DNA from: Eledone cirrhosa
Lineage: Eukaryota
Assembly: GCA_964016885.1 (NCBI GenBank)
Contig: OZ024744.1
Location: 50,034,001 to 50,098,000, forward strand
DNA: 64,000 bases
Direction of reading: 5' to 3'
Position 1 is the first letter of the stretch; each line of letters opens with the position of its first letter. A program made the position numbers and the translations under genes. The notes beneath the pieces were generated by a model. The model searched no databases and was not told where the DNA came from. It was given only the letters and a program-made list of their open reading frames with translations. Below, one piece after another: positions 14,154-28,319 of the stretch.

Positions 14154-15065
14154 TAAACATGTATTGAGAATAAACAATTATAAATAATCAAATCATACAC
14201 ATCCACACACACATATGTGTGTGGATGTGTGGATGTGTTTTATTATTTATAATTGTTTATTCTCAATACATGTTTCACTCACAGAGTTGACTTAAAAACC
14301 ATTGATAATTACATAAATATAAAGAAGAAAGATAAAAATAAAATTAATGGGAAAAGGGGAAAGGTGTATAGAAGGGCAGATCAGGCTATTATATGTGTGT
14401 GTGTGTTCGAGTGTATTTGAATATATGTGGCTTCTCTTCTTATTTTCCCTTCTAATTAATTTTCATCGATTTTCTTTTTCTGGACCTTTACTGGCTTCAG
14501 TCAGTTACTAGTCATGCTGGGGCACTGCCATTGAGAGAGATTTAGGGTGAACTTAAGGTAGATACAACTACCGTTTATGAATTAGAAATTTTAGCTGTTG
14601 AACAAACAGGTGACGATCGATCACCGGCTCATCTTCAAATCGGGCCGTTTGTTTACAAACGAATCGAACATTATTATTAATGTTCGATATAACCCATACG
14701 TATATGTATATATGTGAATATATATATATGTGTGTACGTGTGCATACTTACACCCACCCACCCTCTCACACACACACACACAAATATATATATATATGGT
14801 TTCAGTTGATCCCTAAAAGGGTGTAGCAGCGATTCTTTGCTTAAACCTTAATCTATACATATAAGTATTTGCTCTACGGGTTATATATATATATATAAAA
14901 TAACAAAATAAGATGTTGATGTTACATATATCGTTTAATCATAATAATTATTTCCATGGTTCTCCATGCATTTGCTGTTGGTTATGAGAACGGAATCCTG
15001 AGATGAAAATCGATGTTTGATATGTCGCTGGCAGGAAAAACACGTCTTAATGCCTGTGTGCCCAG

Positions 15066-15113
<48 letters not shown>

Positions 15114-16172
15114 CTAGCAGAGGTACCCGGCGTTGCTCGGGTATTAAATAGCAGTTGTGTATACCATTTATGTCAATACTTCAGTGCTGCTTCGAAAACT
15201 ATACTTTTACAAAATCACCGGCTTTTTCCAAAAGGAGGTTCCTGCCCCCAGGAGTACCCTACTCAATATGTGCCAATTCTGAGTGTTCACATTCATCTGT
15301 AGGACAAACGTAGCCCATGTGTCAAGTTTTGTGAAAATCGGTTGCGAACTCCAGAAGTTATGACATTTTGTTGCATTGCACTGCAGTGCTTTAGTCGACT
15401 CCAAGGAAGTGGTTAAAGGGGGTTATCTGCCGGGAGGCCCTATATTCAATATCTGGAAAAATTAAAGTGTCCATGACCATCCGGACTGCATAAGTAACCT
15501 ATGTCTTAAGTTTGGTGAAAATACTATAGAAATGCATAAGGTTTATAGATACGCGCGTGCGTGCGTGCATGTGTGTGTGGGTGTGTATGTATTTGTGTGT
15601 GCGTATGTATGTGTATGTCCGTCGGGGCATACGTATGTACTGGCCTAAATCTTCACTATTTACTTTTACTATTTTAATAACCTCTGTCATTTTCGTTTTC
15701 AATTTTATTTACATTCATTCTTAAACTCCGGGGCTGGAAATCATTCTGTTATTTTAAATAGAATATTAGTCTAACGACTCCATTTATACCATAACCTTGG
15801 TCTTGTCTTTGCATGAAATTGTTCTTTACGATCCACATAACGACGTATTATCCTCGCTTTTTTTCCTTTCATTACCAGGGAACGTCTTCACGAACCAAAA
15901 TATCGTCTTCCTGTTTTCCTTCGCTTGCAACGTTTCTCGAAATATTTACTTCTGCGTTCACAGATTACTCTCAGTTCAATTTGAATGGGAAATTCCTGTT
16001 TCATCGATTTTCTCCGTAACCATGTAAGCTTGTAGCTTGAAAGTCGACCCAACGCCTCCTCGGAACATTCTGCATAACTGTAAATTTTCGCTGCATTCCA
16101 CCAAGCTGTTTCGACGTTTATCGACTACACCTACATATACAACGTCCGACCACTTCCAATTTATATAGTAGA
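15114..16172 (-). mobile_element. non-autonomous Helitron
   Basis: Minus strand A|TCTACTATATAAA ... hairpin CCCGAGCAACGCCGGG, 8 nt, CTAG|T. Confidence 0.75.
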
Positions 16173-16181
16173 TATATTAGA

Positions 16182-18496
16182 GGCTTTCCGAGTGGTCGTT
16201 TCCGCTCGTGCGGGTACCACTCAGCAACTGCGCGGGTCCACCGATTATCGGTGAACCGAGCGACGTGTCCAGCTCATCTGAACTTGCTGCGCATATATTC
16301 CGTGATGATGTCCCTCACACCGGACTTATGTCTGATTACTTCGCTCCTGATGTGCTCTCTCAACGAGATTCCTAGCATTGATCTCTCCATGGCTCTTTGT
16401 GCCGTTACCAGCCTCTGCTCTTCTCTCTTCATTGTAGCCCAAGTTTCACTGCCGTATAACATTGCAGGTAAAACTGTGCTATTGAAGAGGTTGGCGCGGG
16501 TGGTCTTGTCCAACCTCCCCTTGAGCACATCCTTTATGCCATTGAATGCCTTCCATCCGAGCCTTACTCTCCGCGAGATCTCCCTCTCAATGTCTCGGCG
16601 CATGTTCACTTCTTGTCCTAGGTAGACGTATTCCTCCACCTCTATTTCATCACCGCCAACCACCATTCGACCTGTTGGTACGTTGTTGGACCGCATGAAC
16701 TTCGTTTTCATGCGGTCCATATTGAGGCCTACTGCAGAGCTTTTGATGTCGAGCTCCGTTAGCATGGTCTGAAGCTGATCCGTGGTTTCAGCGATGAGTA
16801 CGATGTCATCAACGAAACGGAGGTGGGTAAGTATCTCGCTTTGCCAGTCAATGCTTCTGTTGATCTGCTCGAGACACGCGGTGAAAAGTTTTGGAGTATC
16901 ACCTTACTCCACTCCCTTCTCGACCGACCGGCACTCGTACGGGTGATGACAGCAGAGCTATGTCGGTGGTGCATCCGGAACTCGCCTCCCTCAGCAGTTG
17001 AACGTATTGCGCCTCGACTCCTTGCCTCTGCAGCAAGTCCAGCACTGCGTTGATTTCAACGCTGTCGAAGGCCTTCTCGTAGTCTACGAACGCGACGCAA
17101 AGAGGCATCTTGTACTCTTTCGCTCGCTCAAGCAGTTGTGTCAGAGTAAATATGTGGTCCATCGTGCTGTAGTTCTTCTGGAAGCCGGCTTGCTCTCTCG
17201 GTTGCTATTCGTCCAGATGACGTGATAACCTGTTCAGGATTATCTTCGTGAACAGCTTGTACACGTGAGACAGCAGGCATATGGGCCGGTAGTTCTTCAG
17301 ATCTTCTCTATCGCGCTTCTTGTATAGCAGCATGGTATGCGACTCTTTCCACTGCGAGGGTATTCTTCCCTCCAGATAGTGTGTGAATCGCTCGGCGAGG
17401 ATTTTCCGGAGCTGCTCTCCGCCTGACTTCAACACCTCCGATGTTATGCCGTCTTTCTCTGGCGCCTTTCCGCTTTTCATCAAGCCGACGGCTCTTCGAC
17501 CTCACTGACAAGGATGAGTGGCACATTATCTTCCTGTTGGAGTGACGGCAATGGCTGCACATTCCTGGCAGACTTGAAGAGTTTGGTGTAGAATTCTTCG
17601 CAAACCTTTTCCACCTCTTGTCGCTGACCGGTACTCCAGCTGTGTTCTTCAGGGTCGTCACCTCCGATCTGTAGATTACCATGCCCCACTCGCATTTATT
17701 AAGGCTCTTCTTTTCCTCTGCGGCCTTCAGGAGCTTCTCCATCCGGTATGCCTCGAAGTCTCTCTTCAGTTGTTGACGTATCACTCTACTGAGAAGGGAA
17801 TATTCGAGGGGATCTTGAGGTGTCCTCTTCATATTCTTCCTCTTCTCAAGCAACTTCATAGTTTCCTCCGAGACTCTTCCCTTCCGCTCCCTTGGGCACA
17901 CACCCTTAGCCTTCCTCAAGTACTCCTTCAGTTTCCCTATCAGTGAGTCGTAGTCAGCGTCTATGCCGTCTCCTTGACGCCGGTTTTCCTACATGATGGC
18001 TTCCTGCGGCTGCACCTCGTTGAAGACCCGGACGCGTTCTCCCTTCAACGCCAAATGCAGCGCCTTCTTATCCCTCGTCCGGTCGATGACGACCTTCGCC
18101 CTCACCAAACGATGATCACTGCCAGTGTTGAATGGCGTTATGACGGAGACGTCCTGCAGTATGCGTCGCTTGTCAACCAGGATGTAGTCGATCTCGTTTC
18201 GGTGCTCAGAATTTGGCGATACCCAGGTCCATCTCTTCTCCTTTTTCTTCCTGAATAGGCTGTTTCCGATGTAGAGCCGTCTCGCCTTCGCCATGGTTAC
18301 CAGACGCTCTCCTAGGCCGAATCTTCCGACATACTCTTCTCCTTGCCGTCCACGAAGGTGGAGTTACGATTTTAGGAATACGATTGGGACTACATGGATG
18401 AGGAAAGCACGATCCAGAGAGGAATGGATGGCGTGCTGTGACCAGCGGCGCCAAATGGATGCCCGACAGACTGGTCGGTCAAGGTGATCAAGGTGA
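16182..18496 (+). mobile_element. GC-rich RTE-1-like LINE with a 2.2-kb inverted 5' segment (minus 16182-18348) and a short plus-strand 3' end
   Basis: WTWVSPN..NEIDYIL, GSDHRLVRAK, NYRPICLL, FVDYEKAFDS on minus; PRRW..EEW and (TCAAGGTGA)2 tail on plus; TSD TATATTAGA. Confidence 0.92.
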
Positions 18497-18559
18497 TATA
18501 TTAGAAAGTGAGGTTTTTTTTACAAAATGAAAAATAATCGAGGTGCCCTACACGAGTGA

Positions 18560-19880
18560 AAGTATAAGGAAAAAAGATGAAATCGAAAATGCAACTGGAG
18601 TCTTTTTAAAAATGTATATATATTTTTTTGGTTCCTTTACCGGTTTCGCAGTACTTCTGCTTTTCAAAAGTAGAATTGAGATGGAGGGTTTGTGGTTTTC
18701 CTCACATCTGGTTGGTCTTTGAATGTTACTTGTTTTATATGGAAAAAAGTGGCTCGAAATGCCAGGTTTTTAGAGAAGTAATTTGGTTGGTTGGTTGGTG
18801 ATTAAGTATAATAAATTTTGCGCCAATTCGTGTTACAAAGTTCTTATTATATTTGTCTTCAAACAAAGGTGTGTGGGGGTGGGAGTGGCTCAGGTTGTTT
18901 TTTCATATATGAGTGACGTTTGGTTGGTTGATGCAGTCACGTGAATAAGCACATCAGCTTTCGTGCCAGTTTGTGTTTGAATTTCATTTTACTTAAAAAA
19001 AAGTGGCTCACGAAGGTTTTTTTTTTTTTTTTTTTATAAATGTAATTTGATTGGTTATAAATGAAATTATGACTGTCACGTGAACAAGTACATTACATTT
19101 CGCGCCCATATTTTGGAAATTTTTTATAGCCATTTAGAGAATGTTGTGCCAAACATAAGATAATGGTAAAAAAAAAAGGGATTGAGAGAGTTGTTCTGAG
19201 TATGACTGATGTGCTGAAATGTAATTTGATTGGTTATAAATGAAATTATGACTGTCACGTGAACAAGCACATTAAATTTCGCGCCCGTATTTGGGAATTT
19301 ATTTTGTTGCCTTTTAGAGAATTTTGTGCCAAACAAAAGATAATGGTCAAGAAAAACGGGATGGGGAGAATTGTTTTGGTTCAGTGAATATGGCTGGTGT
19401 GCTGGGGTGTCAGAATTCAGACTTTCTATTGAAATAAAGAAAGTAGGAATATGTATGTTTATTTGTGTGCTTGTGTGTAGGAAGATGATTCTATTGGTCG
19501 AAATGGGGGAGTGAGTTGTGTGTGTGTATGTGTGTGTGGGAGTATGGTTAGCATGTTAATATGGAGAGAATATATATATTTTGTGTGGGTGCGTATGTGT
19601 AGGAAAAAGATTCTATTAGTAGAAATGGGTGAGGGAGTTGTGTGTGTGTATGTATGGGTGTTATGTGTGTGTGTATAGGTGTTATGTGTGTGTGGTTATG
19701 TTAAGATGGATAGAATAAATATATTTTTTGTGTGCGTGTGTATGTAGGAAAATGATTCCGTTACTAGAAATGGGGAGGGAGTTATGTGTGTGTGGGGTGT
19801 GGTTAGCATGTTAAGGTGTTAGAGTATTAACGTATGTTAAGGTTTATTTAGTTCTGGTTTTTATTTTCTAAAGTAGGTGT

Positions 19881-19913
<33 letters not shown>

Positions 19914-21750
19914 CTGTTTGGATGATTAGCATGTTATGGTGTTGATATAATGTATATTAAACTATATTTAATGCTGGTCTATATTTTTGAATAAACATAT
20001 TTTCCTTATATATTCGTATTTGTTCTGTTGTATTGTCAGCGCAAAGATAAAATGGGAAGACTTGGAATTTGGGTGTCTTATTACTTGCGCATATGTCTAG
20101 ATATGCATTTAGAGGTATCTGTCTCGTGGTTGGATCTCGTAATTGTTGGTGATGAATTATCATTCTGTTTCTGAGTGTGAGTTTAGCATGTCCTATATAA
20201 ACTTGATTGCATCCTTTACATTTAATGGCAACATTATAGTTAAGGAAGCGGACAAGGGAAGTACTGTCGTCATTATGGATGTTGAACAATATAACATTTC
20301 TATGTTCTCCTCTTACAAAATACTAACTACTATGAAAGAGTAAAAAAACTACCAGCAATCAAAAACGATGACCAGATTCATTTGTCGATACCAGGAAGAC
20401 TTAACTAAAAAGGAACGCGATTATTTAACACGTTTTGAATACAATACCAGCAACCTTTACGGACTTCTGAAGATCCACAAGTGTAAAATAATTACCGATG
20501 CCTGTAAACAATCCACCTCAACCTGCGTGAGCACACAATACCCCACAAAACTTAAATTAAGACCAATTGTAGCGGGCCCACAATGTGAAACAGACTAAGC
20601 AACTTTATAGACATACTACTGAAACCAATTCTCAAACATATACCAAGCCTTGTAAGAGACGATCTGGACCTCTTAAACCACCTCCCAAAACATGTCAATA
20701 ACCACACTATTATTGTGTCATTCGGTGTAGTGAATCTCTACACAACAATCCCACACCAATACGGACTAGAAGCAATAGGATTTTGGCTAGAGAAATATCC
20801 CAATGAGATACCTGACAGAATAGAAAAAAGCTTAATCACCGAGGGATTAAAATTTATTTTACAGTACAACTTTTTTTATTTCGATGGCAGTACTTACAAG
20901 CAAATATCGGGGACTGCGATGGGTACAAAAACCGCTCCAACTTATGCCAACTTAGTCATGGCATACTTGGAAGTCCAGATATATGAAAAGTCCAAATAAA
21001 AATACGGATTGAACTTCCACAAATATTTATCAGAGAATTGGAAACACTACTTGGATGATTGTCTCGTTCTTTGGTCTCACACACTCGACCAAATAAATGA
21101 TTTAAAAAATTTAATTAACGGCATCAATAACCACATCCAATTCACAATGGAATACATCCAAGATCAACTTGAAATAAAAGACTTCAAGAATTAAAGGAAA
21201 TTCTACTCGAAAGACAGTACCCACCATTACTAATAAATAATGGAATAGAAAGGGCTAAAGCAATAGGCATTGATGAATTACGAAAACAGAAACAAATTCA
21301 AGGTACGTCCAATATTCTATCATATATCTCAACACACAGCACAAGAAATGCGGAAGCTTACAACACTATTCACAAGAACATCCCAAGACCCAAGAATGAA
21401 AAAAGCCATTGAAACACAAAATAATCAAAAGCAAAGGACAACTGAAATCACTAAAAACATTACTCACCAATGCCAAATTACCTACCACAAACCCACAACC
21501 AACTGTCAAAAAGTGTGGTCGCTCTAATTGTGGAAGCTGCACTCACCTCATTGAAGGCAACACGTATACATTTCAATCAAGACAACATTTTGCTGTAAAA
21601 ATCACTTCACTTGCTCATCAAAAAGTCTACTTTATGCCATTAAATGTAAAGGATGCAATGAAGATTATATAGGACAAAATAAACTCACACTCAGGATTCC
21701 AAGTCTTCCCATTTTATCTTTGCGCTGACAATACAACAGAACAAATAAAT
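18560..21750 (-). mobile_element. Penelope-like element: pseudo-LTR, 3'UTR and GIY-YIG end on minus (18560-20230), with RT/EN segment inverted on plus (20230-21750)
   Basis: KEADKGS, LRPIVAGP, GTAMGTKTAPTYANL, YLDD, CKGCNQVYIG. Confidence 0.9.
18632..18675 (-). ncRNA. minimal hammerhead ribozyme, U3-A8 core variant (family D)
   Basis: TTCTACTT-TTGAAAA-GCAG(AAGTA)CTGC-GAAA-CCGG-TA-AAGGAA, in the sense orientation of the PLE 3' end. Confidence 0.7.
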
Positions 21751-21919
21751 GGATAGTTCTTGCGGGCTTCCATTGAAAAGATAAACTCTCATCAGAAGGT
21801 TCTTTTCACTCGGAGAATATAAAATTACGAACTGGCGCTATTCAAAATTTTTCCCGAGATAAGAATGAATGATGTGGAAGCAATTCTGTCCAGTATATAT
21901 ATATATATATATATATATA

Positions 21920-23011
21920 GGGCATCAACATATGTCGTCCTTGGTCTCCCACTTCCAGTGTGTGCCACAGGACCACTGAATGTCGGTGAGCATGTCCAGC
22001 TAACCTCAGTCTCCTCTGTGCTACTTTCGAGCTGACGTTTGGGAGGCTCCCGTACAGCTCTGAGTTCTTCATCCTCAGTGTATACTGATTAATGTTCAAA
22101 GCCATCCTTAGAATTCTCATTTAGCACCCGTACAACAGCACAGTCTCCACTGTAGCGATGAAAAGACGGATCTTCAGGTCTTTACGAAGATTCGCCTTCC
22201 ACACTCACCTCAAATTGTGGCATGCCGCCCAGGCTTTGCTCTTCCTCTCCACTATATCCTATTCTGTCTTCCTAATCTTTGCCCCCAGATACAAGAAGTC
22301 ATCAAACAACTCTAGCAGCTTCCTGTCTACATTCATAATCTTCTCTGGCTTCTTAATATTCTCTACCAGATACTTCGTCTTAATCTCATTCATTCTCAGC
22401 CCCAAACTCATCGACACAGTCTCCACCCCCTGCATCAACTCCTCTGCCTCCTTCACTGTGATTGTCACCAGAACTATGTCGTCGGCAAATTCAACATCTG
22501 ATATCTTTTTTGGCCTTAACTCTCCTGCTCTGATCCAGTGTTACAGTGAAGCCAGAGTCCTGGTGATTCTCCAGAGCAAGGTGTATACAATAGTTCACTG
22601 CGATGATAAAAAGGTAGGGAACCAATGTATTTCCCTGGAGCACTCCAGCCAGTATCTCAAAGAACTCCCTCATTCCGTCAGGTGTAATAACTTGGGTTTT
22701 GGTGTTGGTGTAGCGCGGTGATACCAGGTCCACAATCTTCTCGTGGATTCCATAAGCCTGCAAGATCTTCATCAGGCAGTGACAGTCCTCAGAATCAAAG
22801 GCCTTCCTAAAGTCAATGAAAACCATGACAGCAGGACACTCTTTGCTCTAACTCCTTCTAATATCCTCTTCGGTATTAGGATGTGATCTTACCTCTCTGA
22901 AGCCGTTCTGGTTGTCCCTTAGCTTCTTCTCCACCTCGGGCTAGATCCTGTTAAGAATCATCCTGTTGAGGGTCTTTCCACAAGTGACGTCAGTCAGATC
23001 CTCTTCATCTG

Positions 23012-23012
<1 letters not shown>
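21920..23012 (-). mobile_element. RTE-X-like LINE, RT to C-terminus
   Basis: FIDFRKAFDS, GVLQGNTL, FADDIVL, RRLRLAGH. Confidence 0.88.
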
Positions 23013-23088
<76 letters not shown>

Positions 23089-23092
<4 letters not shown>

Positions 23093-23781
23093 GCGTCGCT
23101 ATAAAGCCCTTAGAAAAACCCTTTAAATAAAAATGCACACCATATTGAAACTAAAATTTATTTATTCTGCAAAATATAATCTCCATGCAATAACATCTTT
23201 ACAGTGCTTATGCAAGCTTTTTCTGTCGGCAATTGTCGAAATCTGTGCAACGATTCATCTATTACCTCTTCTAATGAAGCGGAACCTAATTTTCTTTGTT
23301 TTTTCCAGTAACATGTGCAATGTAGTGCAATAATAGTTTTGGTTCTGCATCAATGATGCTTTGAATGAGTTGAACGTTGGCCTAAAAACTGGTTGTGCAA
23401 GGACGGCCAGTAGTATCAGTAAGTGATGATCTACTGCCATCTTTGAATTGTTTCACCCATTGATGAATGGTTGAATTTGATGGAACGTTGTTAATTCCAC
23501 TCTCCTTTAATTGTGCTATAATATTTGTTGCTGATTTGTATCGTTTCCATCCACTAAAAGCATACGTTCAAAAGTTTTCTTCACTTAAATCCATTCGATG
23601 TTTGTATTATAAACTCACAAGAATTACAACAAAATAATTATGCATGGGCCTGTGACAAAATACAACATTCATACAGAATATCACACGTGTACAACAAAGT
23701 TCAAATTCCAACTTATATTAACTACATTTACTACATATACGGCACAGTCTACAAATCTAAAGACTTTATTGTCACGCCAAG
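23089..23781 (-). mobile_element. internally deleted mariner-like transposon
   Basis: From ATG at 23594: MDLSEENF*..VPSNSTIHQWVKQFKDG..TGRPCT (mariner HTH region); similar termini TGGCGTCGCTATAAAG and TGGCGTGACAATAAAG. Confidence 0.75.
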
Positions 23782-23789
23782 TATATATA

Positions 23790-24340
23790 TATATTGTTAT
23801 ACTTTATAAATTTCCCGTTGGTTGGTTGGTTCCACAACCAGACGATTGTTCATATATTCGTCACACATTCTGTGACCTCTTCAGTGACTGGGGGTTCTTT
23901 TCTTTGTTTTTGTGCCTCTCCTTTGTTCTGTCCTACGCCATCTTGTTTTTGTGTGTATTGTGTGCTTAGTTTGCGCATGTGTTACATCCGGGTGTCTGTG
24001 TGTGTTTATATTTTATTTGTTTATTTATTTGTTTATTTACATGTTACTGGCTGGTTGTTTGTTCTATTTCACCGTTCCCCTATACTACGAGCTGTCTCAC
24101 CTATGTACACTATATTCTTATCTTTACATTGTCCTTCAGTACATTTTTTGGTATATACTACATAAAAAATGTATAACTGTAAAACTAGATATGTAGTATA
24201 TAGCAAAAAATGTACTGAAGGACAATGTAAAGATAAGGATATAGTGTACATAGGTGAGACAGCTCGTAGTATAGGGGAACGGTGAAATAGAACAAGTTTT
24301 ACAGTTATAAATTTTTCTAGTTTTACAGTTATACATTTTT
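23790..24340 (-). mobile_element. PLE 3' end relic (GIY-YIG fragment) with foldback 24057-24294 and a decayed HHR near 23850-23897
   Basis: IVYIGETARSIGER present on both strands; TCA-CTGAAGA-GGTCACA..TGTGAC-GAA-TATA-TGA. Confidence 0.7.
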
Positions 24341-24408
24341 CTTATCTATCTATATATATATATTCTTATCTCTCTCTATATATATATATATATATTCTTA
24401 TCTCTCTG

Positions 24409-24521
<113 letters not shown>

Positions 24522-24650
24522 AAAGTTATATTTAAAATTGTTGGGTTACAACTAGTAAATATTTATAACTGATATAAAAGCACTCGACAAATATTTGGAG
24601 TATATTTACAATATTAAATAAATGGAAAACTATATTTATAAAACCATATT

Positions 24651-24716
24651 TATTTCATTATATATATTTCGGGGATATCATATTAACAATATGCTATGCC
24701 TTCATCAGACAAAATA
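24651..24716 (-). ncRNA. hammerhead ribozyme family B, sense pseudo-LTR copy
   Basis: TATTTTGT-CTGATGA-AGG...CCCC-GAAA-TATATA-TA-ATGAAATA. Confidence 0.75.
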
Positions 24717-25074
24717 CAATATAAACAGTTTTATAGATAAATATATTCGACATACCGTAATAAACATCAACTTCATTTGAAGAGGTTTACGCTAGCAGTG
24801 AAAATACAGAGAGAAAGAAAGAGAGAAAGAAAAGAGGGAAAAAAGAAAGAAAGAAAGACAAAACGAAGAAAAGGAAGAAAAAGAAGAAAAAGAAAAAGAA
24901 GAAATGCATGGAACAAAATAGAGAGATGGAAAAATAGATAAAGCGAAGAGCTTCATGTAAAGAGACAGAAAGATATATATATATATAGAGAGAGGAAATA
25001 GAGATAGATACATATATATATATAGAAAATTAGGTAGTGGGAGGTCATTTTGAGTAAGTGTATCAATGATACAT

Positions 25075-25109
<35 letters not shown>

Positions 25110-25789
25110 GCTCAAGTATTAATGTAAGGGAGATATATAGAGAGATATAGAGAGATATAGAGAGATATATAGAGAGAAAAAAATTTAAAAATAGCCAGAC
25201 ATATTCGAGGCGTAGAAAACCCTATGTTTTAATGTATTAGTATTTATAAAACTTACACTATATTGTAAATATCAGTATTCCTGAATGAAACAAGTATTCA
25301 CAATGTGTGAAAATTCATTATCTTATGTTTAGTTTTAAAAAATTCATATGTTTATGTGACAGCTACAAACATCAATGTGAATCCAACTGATTCACTCCGC
25401 AAACTCTAAGTTACCGGAAAACATTCTCAATGTGGTATAAAAATTTGAGCGTATTATTATTCTTGCGATTACTCTACAAGATTATCTATCAAGCAGAAAT
25501 AGAGAGCAGATTTCAATATACTAATCGAAAATATATATTATATTATAAACAAAGATAACAATAATAATAATAATAAGTAAAAATATATAAAAATATAGAA
25601 TAGAAAACTAAAAAAATATTACGAAAGAATATTACATAATAAAAATATTGCATATTAAAAATACTACGTATTAAAAAATATTACGTATTAAAAATTTACA
25701 TATAAAAATATTAAAAATAATTAAAAATATTAAAAATAAAATAAAAAATAACAAATAAAAATATTATAGAATACTACAATACTAAAAGA

Positions 25790-26056
25790 ATAAAAATAAA
25801 AATAAAAATAAAAATAAAAATAAAAATAAAAATAAAAATAAAAATAAAAATAAAAATAAAAATAAAAATAAAAATAAAAATAAAAATAAAAATAAAAATA
25901 AAAATAAAAATAAAAATAAAAATAAAAATAAAAATAAAAATAAAAATAAAAATAAAAATAAAAATAAAAATAAAAATAAAAATAAAAATAAAAATAAAAA
26001 TAAAAATAAAAATAAAAATAAAAATAAAAATAAAAATAAAAATGAAAATAAAAATA
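25790..26056 (+). repeat. (AATAAA)n microsatellite inside the PLE 3'UTR
   Basis: Direct reading, over 40 units. Confidence 0.97.
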
Positions 26057-27612
26057 AACCACAAAGAACAACCCTTCAAAGTTAATTGACAATATATTGC
26101 CAAGTTCATTATAAGACAAAGCCAAAAATTATCTATCAAATCACATCTAGCAAAGAATATCGCAAAAAGATTATGATGTCCAATAATGTCTACATATGTT
26201 CCTATATTTAATATAGAAGTTTATCTAGTGTAAGGTTAATTCAAAAAATTTGGAGCATCGGCTTTTAGGGTAGCTTAATTTTTCATGAGGAATGTTTAGA
26301 TAAAAATAAAAATAAATAAAATAAAATAAACAATAAAAAGAGTAAAAAGAGGGAATCAAAGATTTAGGAATCAAAATATTTATCGGCTAGTTCTCAAATA
26401 AATATAAATCAAACCAAACATACTACATTTTAAATTTAAATTTATATTTAAACGTTGAGTTTAATCTATGTTTGCAACAACTGAATAAATTTGTCCGTAG
26501 GTTAAGGGAATTTTTAGATTTTAGTATAAAGAATATCTCCTCTGCGCAGAGGTCACATGTCTCAGAGGATGAATTAAAAGGAATCCCTCTTGAGACTATA
26601 TTCCAAGCCGTCGAATATCCAACGTTATCTAGCTTAAGTTGCCAGAGTACCCCTGATAGTGCCGTTGAAGATTTTTTATTTGGATCTGTGAAAGAATTCT
26701 TGTGGTTATTATAGCGAAGTTTAAATTCCGTCGATGTGGAACCGACGTAGTTAAAAGAATTAGAGTCAGTATTAACATTACAATTGTATACTATATTTTT
26801 AACTAAGCAGTTGTTATTTAACGGACATTTAGATCTATCTCTACAGTTACATTTGTTAACTTGTATATTATTTATGCTATTATCAGTAGGTTTTAAGTTC
26901 CTATTATTTATTCTATTAATATTTTGTGCTAAATTTTTGGTGGATGAGTAGGTTAATTTAATTGTATGCCTATTGAAGATTGAGTGATACCTATGTGTTC
27001 TAGGGAAGCGATTATCAAGAGCTTTGAAAAATCATTTAGCGATGTGGGTTTTAATGTTTAGTGAGAAAGGGGGGGGGGGGGCAAACCAAATTATGTTCCT
27101 AGTTCTATTTCTTTTTTGTCCTTTGGAATTATTGTAATGCTTTCTATTATAGTTGTTAATGTTGTTGCCGTAATTAAAAAAGTTGTTACTTTGTTTAGTT
27201 TGTCTATCATTATCTATGTACACAATCTTATCAGCATACCCTGCCCTAGCTAGTGCATCATTATAGTATTGGGCCTTTTCGTCAAAAATCTTTCTATTCG
27301 ACGAGATCCTAGAGATACGTTTTTGGACTGAGTTTACTATAGTGTTTTTGACAGATCTTTCTGTCTCTTTACATGAAGCTCTTCGCTTTATCTATTTTTC
27401 CATCTCTCTATTTTGTTCCATGCATTTCTTCTTTTTCTTTTTCTTCTTTTTCTTCCTTTTCTTCGTTTTGTCTTTCTTTCTTTCTTTTTTCCCTCTTTTC
27501 TTTCTCTCTTTCTTTCTCTCTGTATTTTCACTGCTAGCGTAAACCTCTTCAAATGAAGTTGATGTTTATTACGGTATGTCGAATATATTTATCTATAAAA
27601 CTGTTTATATTG

Positions 27613-27678
27613 TATTTTGTCTGATGAAGGCATAGCATATTGTTAATATGATATCCCTGAAATATATATAATGAAATA
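27613..27678 (+). ncRNA. hammerhead ribozyme family B, inverted pseudo-LTR copy
   Basis: TATTTTGT-CTGATGA-AGG...CCT-GAAA-TATATA-TA-ATGAAATA. Confidence 0.8.
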
Positions 27679-28061
27679 AATATGGTTTTATAAATATAGT
27701 TTTCCATTTATTTAATATTGTATATATATATATATATATATATGGGAGGAGGTTATAGTTCACTTGAAGCATTGTGTAATGAGGTATAAACGTTTGAATA
27801 TGTATAATAAAGCCAAAACAATGCAGGTATGGACATAGAAAAAAGAATGCAATTGCAAAAGATATTGTTGACAATTCGTTTTTTACCTTAGATTTATTTA
27901 AATGTCCTTAATTTTCGAGATCATATCTCTTCTTTCCGTATATCGTTTTCGGTGCGCTCGGCCGATTAACTCACTCGATATGCAAATTAGGTTGCTCAGC
28001 CGTTAATATGCATAAGGAAAGTATATACTTTCAGACGTTCAATCATCTGACAGGAAGGTAT

Positions 28062-28104
28062 ACGTTGCTGACGATAGCTAATAAGCTTGAAACTAGTACA
28101 GCGT
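28062..28104 (+). ncRNA. minimal hammerhead ribozyme (family A-related, in repeat 27940-28320)
   Basis: ACGTTG-CTGACGA-TAGCT(AATA)AGCTT-GAAA-CTAG-TA-CAGCGT. Confidence 0.85.
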
Positions 28105-28319
28105 TCCTTTGTCAAAGTTGAACAAATGAGCAACGATGGTTGCTAGACACTGTACGGCTTAATTCGGGATGTTTGTTTACAAACACACCGAGCATTATAA
28201 TAAATGTTCGGTGAATCCATACGTACATATATATATATGTGTGCATGTATGTATATATATATATGCATACTACTGTACGTCTGTATACATATATGTATGT
28301 ACGTATACATACTTATATT

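Noticed and set aside
14262-14292. HHR-like ACTC(TGT)GAGT-GAAA-CATG-TA-TTGA on the minus strand (similar 3' halves at 41198, 53953, 62862)
   Set aside because: CTGANGA is absent; treated as truncated relics, not counted as ribozymes
25730-26139. FY/IF-repeat ORFs and a polyadenylation-signal array
   Set aside because: Simple (AATAAA)n expansion inside a PLE 3'UTR; no evidence of function
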